Shown here in pieces: positions 60,425 to 64,000 of a stretch of DNA of 64,000 nt. The translations under genes were made by a program, and so were the position numbers. Numbering within the stretch: the stretch's first letter is position 1; every line of letters starts with the position of its first letter. Origin of the DNA: Octopus vulgaris (Eukaryota). The notes below the pieces were generated by a model. That model saw only the letters and a program-made list of their open reading frames with translations, had not been told where the DNA came from and ran no database searches. The stretch is taken from assembly GCA_951406725.2 (NCBI GenBank), contig OX597814.1, forward strand, positions 4,092,001 through 4,156,000, written 5' to 3'.

Positions 60425-61380
60425 CGCGCGCGCACACGCACGCGTGCTTCGCTTTTGCAAGATTCTTGATGTGGATTGGTGTGGTGAAACAGATCTTGCT
60501 GCTTCTTGAGACGGTCATCATGCCAATAATAATAATAATAACACACCCACTGGTTCCATATCACTTCTTAGTTGTTAGTCAATTTAGTTAAATATCTAAA
60601 ATTAAATATCTGACCACCAAACAAATCGATCGCTTCTTTAATGTTCTGGTTAAACAATCAATCGGTTGTTTGTCCGTGAGAGCCCTTTCACCACCATTCG
60701 CCACCTCTTCGATGACATCCTCTCTCTACTCCAGGTCTGCCCAGAGTCTATCTTAGAGTTGGTCTTATACCTTTGTGTATGTATGCTTGTATTGTGTATG
60801 TAGGTGTGTGTTTGCTTAGAAGAGAAGGTAAGGGTGAGAGGAAACGAGGAGTTTGTGTTTGTGTGTGCGGGGTGCGCGCACGCATGATGGCTTGTGTGTG
60901 TGTTTGCGTGTTTGTGAATGTAAGTGCATTAGCCATCTTTAACCAGTGCGTGTGTTATTGGTGCAATGACCCTTCCAAGAAACAAGATGCACACATACAT
61001 ACACACACAGATATATATATATATATGCATATGTGGACACAGGATGTCACGAAACGTGTACAACAAAAAAACACGTAGTACGAATACCTGGAATATAAGT
61101 TAAGTTAATTTTTTTGGCTCAAAAAGCAAAAAGCAAGGCCATGTAGGGGAACATGGAGTTATGTACAAGGAGGGTGTTCATGCAAAGAGTTCAGGCCATT
61201 TCTGGTCAAGAGAGACTTTGAACCGAACAGTCGTCGGCATCTTCAATTTTTTCGAACATCGAAAGGCACAAATGGAATTTAAGACAAACAACATAAAAAA
61301 CGACCCTTCATCGGATGTCGGCTGTTTTTCGGCTTGGATCTCATGTGTGTCTGTGTGCGTGTGTGTATTTATGTATGTAT

Positions 61381-61382
<2 letters not shown>

Positions 61383-61435
<53 letters not shown>

Positions 61436-61506
61436 CATACACATATACACACACACACATATATATATATACATACACATATACACACACAGACATATAT
61501 ATAGAT

Positions 61507-61553
<47 letters not shown>

Positions 61554-61598
61554 CATACACATATACACACACAGACATATATATAGATACATACACAT

Positions 61599-61633
<35 letters not shown>

Positions 61634-61678
61634 CATACACATATACACACACAGACATATATATAGATACATACACAT

Positions 61679-61711
<33 letters not shown>

Positions 61712-61750
61712 CATACACATATACACACACACACATATATATAGATACAT

Positions 61751-61799
<49 letters not shown>

Positions 61800-61832
61800 T
61801 ATATAGATACACACACACACACATATATAGAT

Positions 61833-61887
<55 letters not shown>

Positions 61888-61942
61888 CACATATACACAC
61901 ACACACATATATATAGATACATACACATACACACACACACAC

Positions 61943-62011
<69 letters not shown>

Positions 62012-62049
62012 ATATAGATACATACACACACATATATATATAGATACAT

Positions 62050-62084
<35 letters not shown>

Positions 62085-62085
62085 A
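61383..62085. repeat. Minisatellite built from CA/TA microsatellite units
   Basis: The block atacatacacatatacacacacagacatatatatagatac recurs about every 80 bp. Confidence 0.8.
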
Positions 62086-62119
62086 ACGTTATTGTACCTA
62101 AATCTCCCAACGTCAGATA

Positions 62120-62378
62120 TTCAGTAGCAATACTTTGAAGTAAAGATCATTTGCCAACCTAATGAGGCAGACCTGGTTGGAACGAATGCTATTGTTGTTT
62201 AGCCCCAGGAGACATCGTCTCCAGCTGGCTATACGACACACAATCCGTGTCCAGCTCTGTGCTGACGGGGGAGGGGAGGTGCTAACCTCCCCTGTTCGAA
62301 AATATAAGGACACAGATTGTGTGTCGTGTAGCCAGCTGGAGACAGTCACATTATGTTGGCAAATAATCATTACTTTAT
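62120..62378. mobile_element. Internally deleted relative of 1330-1752
   Basis: ttagccccaggagacatcgtctccagctggctat...tgtgtcc and its inverted copy; the HHR is absent. Confidence 0.7.
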
Positions 62379-62627
62379 ATATATATATATTTCGGGACAG
62401 TCATTTTTTTACCTTGCCAAATAAACACACGCACTGTATATATTCGTCCTTCACTTCAGCTTTATTAGTCTTCTCATGTTAATGTCCTTTGACTAAAATC
62501 TTTCATCACACATCCTGTGACCTCTTCAGTGGCTCTCCATCCCATGTGTCCCCTCCTGCTCTGTTTAGTTCATTTGCCTTTCTATGATGTGTATCATCAT
62601 CTGCGCATGCATTTTCGTCAGTGTGTG

Positions 62628-62675
<48 letters not shown>

Positions 62676-64000
62676 CTACGTGTATCTATGTGTTTTGCAT
62701 GTGTGTTTTATGTGTGCGTATAGGTTTGCATACTATGCTGTTTGTGTCTGTATCCTTTATTTAGTTATTTTATTCATTTATTTACTTATTTATTTATATT
62801 TCCCATTTCACCTTAGGTATGTATACGTGTGTCTTTTGTGTGTGTGTGTCTCTCCACTTCTGTCTTTTAGTCATCATGTTGCGTTGTGTGTGGTAGGGGT
62901 GTTACTGTTCCATTCGTGTTTTCTGTTGAGGATCGGTCTGTCTATTACTATGTGTGTGGCCTCTGTAAACTGTCTAAGTGTCGTGTCTCTTCTATGCGTT
63001 GATAATACTTTAACATTTATGTTATCAACCGAGCTTCTATGTTCTAATTGAGCATGTTAGTAGAGCACGGACGAGCTTTTCTCCTCTTTGAGCTCCCGCC
63101 AGTACTCACCTACTCGTTCTACTATGCTACGTGCCGTCTCCTCGTTTAAGTTGTCTTCTTTCTGCACCGTCCCTCAATACACCATATGTTATAGACTACA
63201 TTCCTAATCTCGTTGATGGTTGATGAGATAAATTTTCGTCTCCTTCTTATGCTTATCCTGTTTTTAACACAACCCATCCATAAAAGATGTTATTTCGAGA
63301 CAAATACCGCAATAACAAATATCGACAGTATTTATATATTAACGACTATTTTAATTTTAATTCCTTAATATCGTATGCCAAATATATCCATGACTGAGGA
63401 AACAGGGCTTCGAATGACCCATCCTTGTTTTCTTTGCATTGTCTATCTGGATGTTTTGTTGTCCCTTTTTTGTATCACCTAGCTGTCCGGATGTTTTGCG
63501 TTCTTGTCCCATTTTGTATTTTATTTTATACACACACACACACACAATTACTTGCTTTTGTGTCTTGCATCGACGTCTTCTATAATTGCTTAACCCATTG
63601 CTAGCTGCTCAATCCGTAATTTATGGCAGTTTCTGTCGTGACTTGTAACATCTACAGCTCTCCAATCACGCCAACTGTAATAACCTGACCGTCAAGAAAA
63701 GAAAAGAAAAGATGTCTGTCGCCCAAAGAAAAATACAAAATAAATAAATGATTAATTAATTGGCACATTTCTAAATTTGATCAGCAATATTTCTCAAGCA
63801 TGTACGGAGCGTAACTGAGCAGAAGGTTTCGTCATTTCTCTGATAAATGTTCGGCTTCATTCTCATAATGGCCCGTGAAACGGACGATAAGATCGGCCAT
63901 AAAATCGCTGCAAAACTGGCTTCACTCGTTTATGACAAAAACTGCGAGACAAAATTGAAGAGAATTTTTCAGAAATAATCCAAGTCATGTGTAAACACAT

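Overview
This is AT-rich, microsatellite-saturated eukaryotic DNA with no confident host protein-coding gene; almost all listed ORFs are translations of simple repeats. The SINE families and repeat load suggest an octopus genome (inference). The window is a layered transposon graveyard. It holds an R4/Dong-like RLE LINE fossil carrying five nested insertions, two CR1-like LINE pieces, a Tx1/L1-like 3' end and a Penelope-like (PLE) GIY-YIG element. DNA transposon remnants include DD37D and Tc1 copies, a mariner MITE, a Chapaev-like transposase fossil and a non-autonomous Helitron, and there are many tRNA-derived SINEs. The main hidden signal is about 20 hammerhead-ribozyme (HHR) motifs (CUGANGA...GAAA...NUH). 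They come from at least 8 sequence-unrelated short families, most have palindromic stem III loops, and they sit in inverted or tandem pLTR-like repeats, mostly beside (TA)n tracts. One ~190-bp family occurs 7 times, and 4 copies share an A6-to-U core change. Two SINE/LINE pairs with shared 3' tails are also visible. All structures and family names were read by eye and need computational confirmation.
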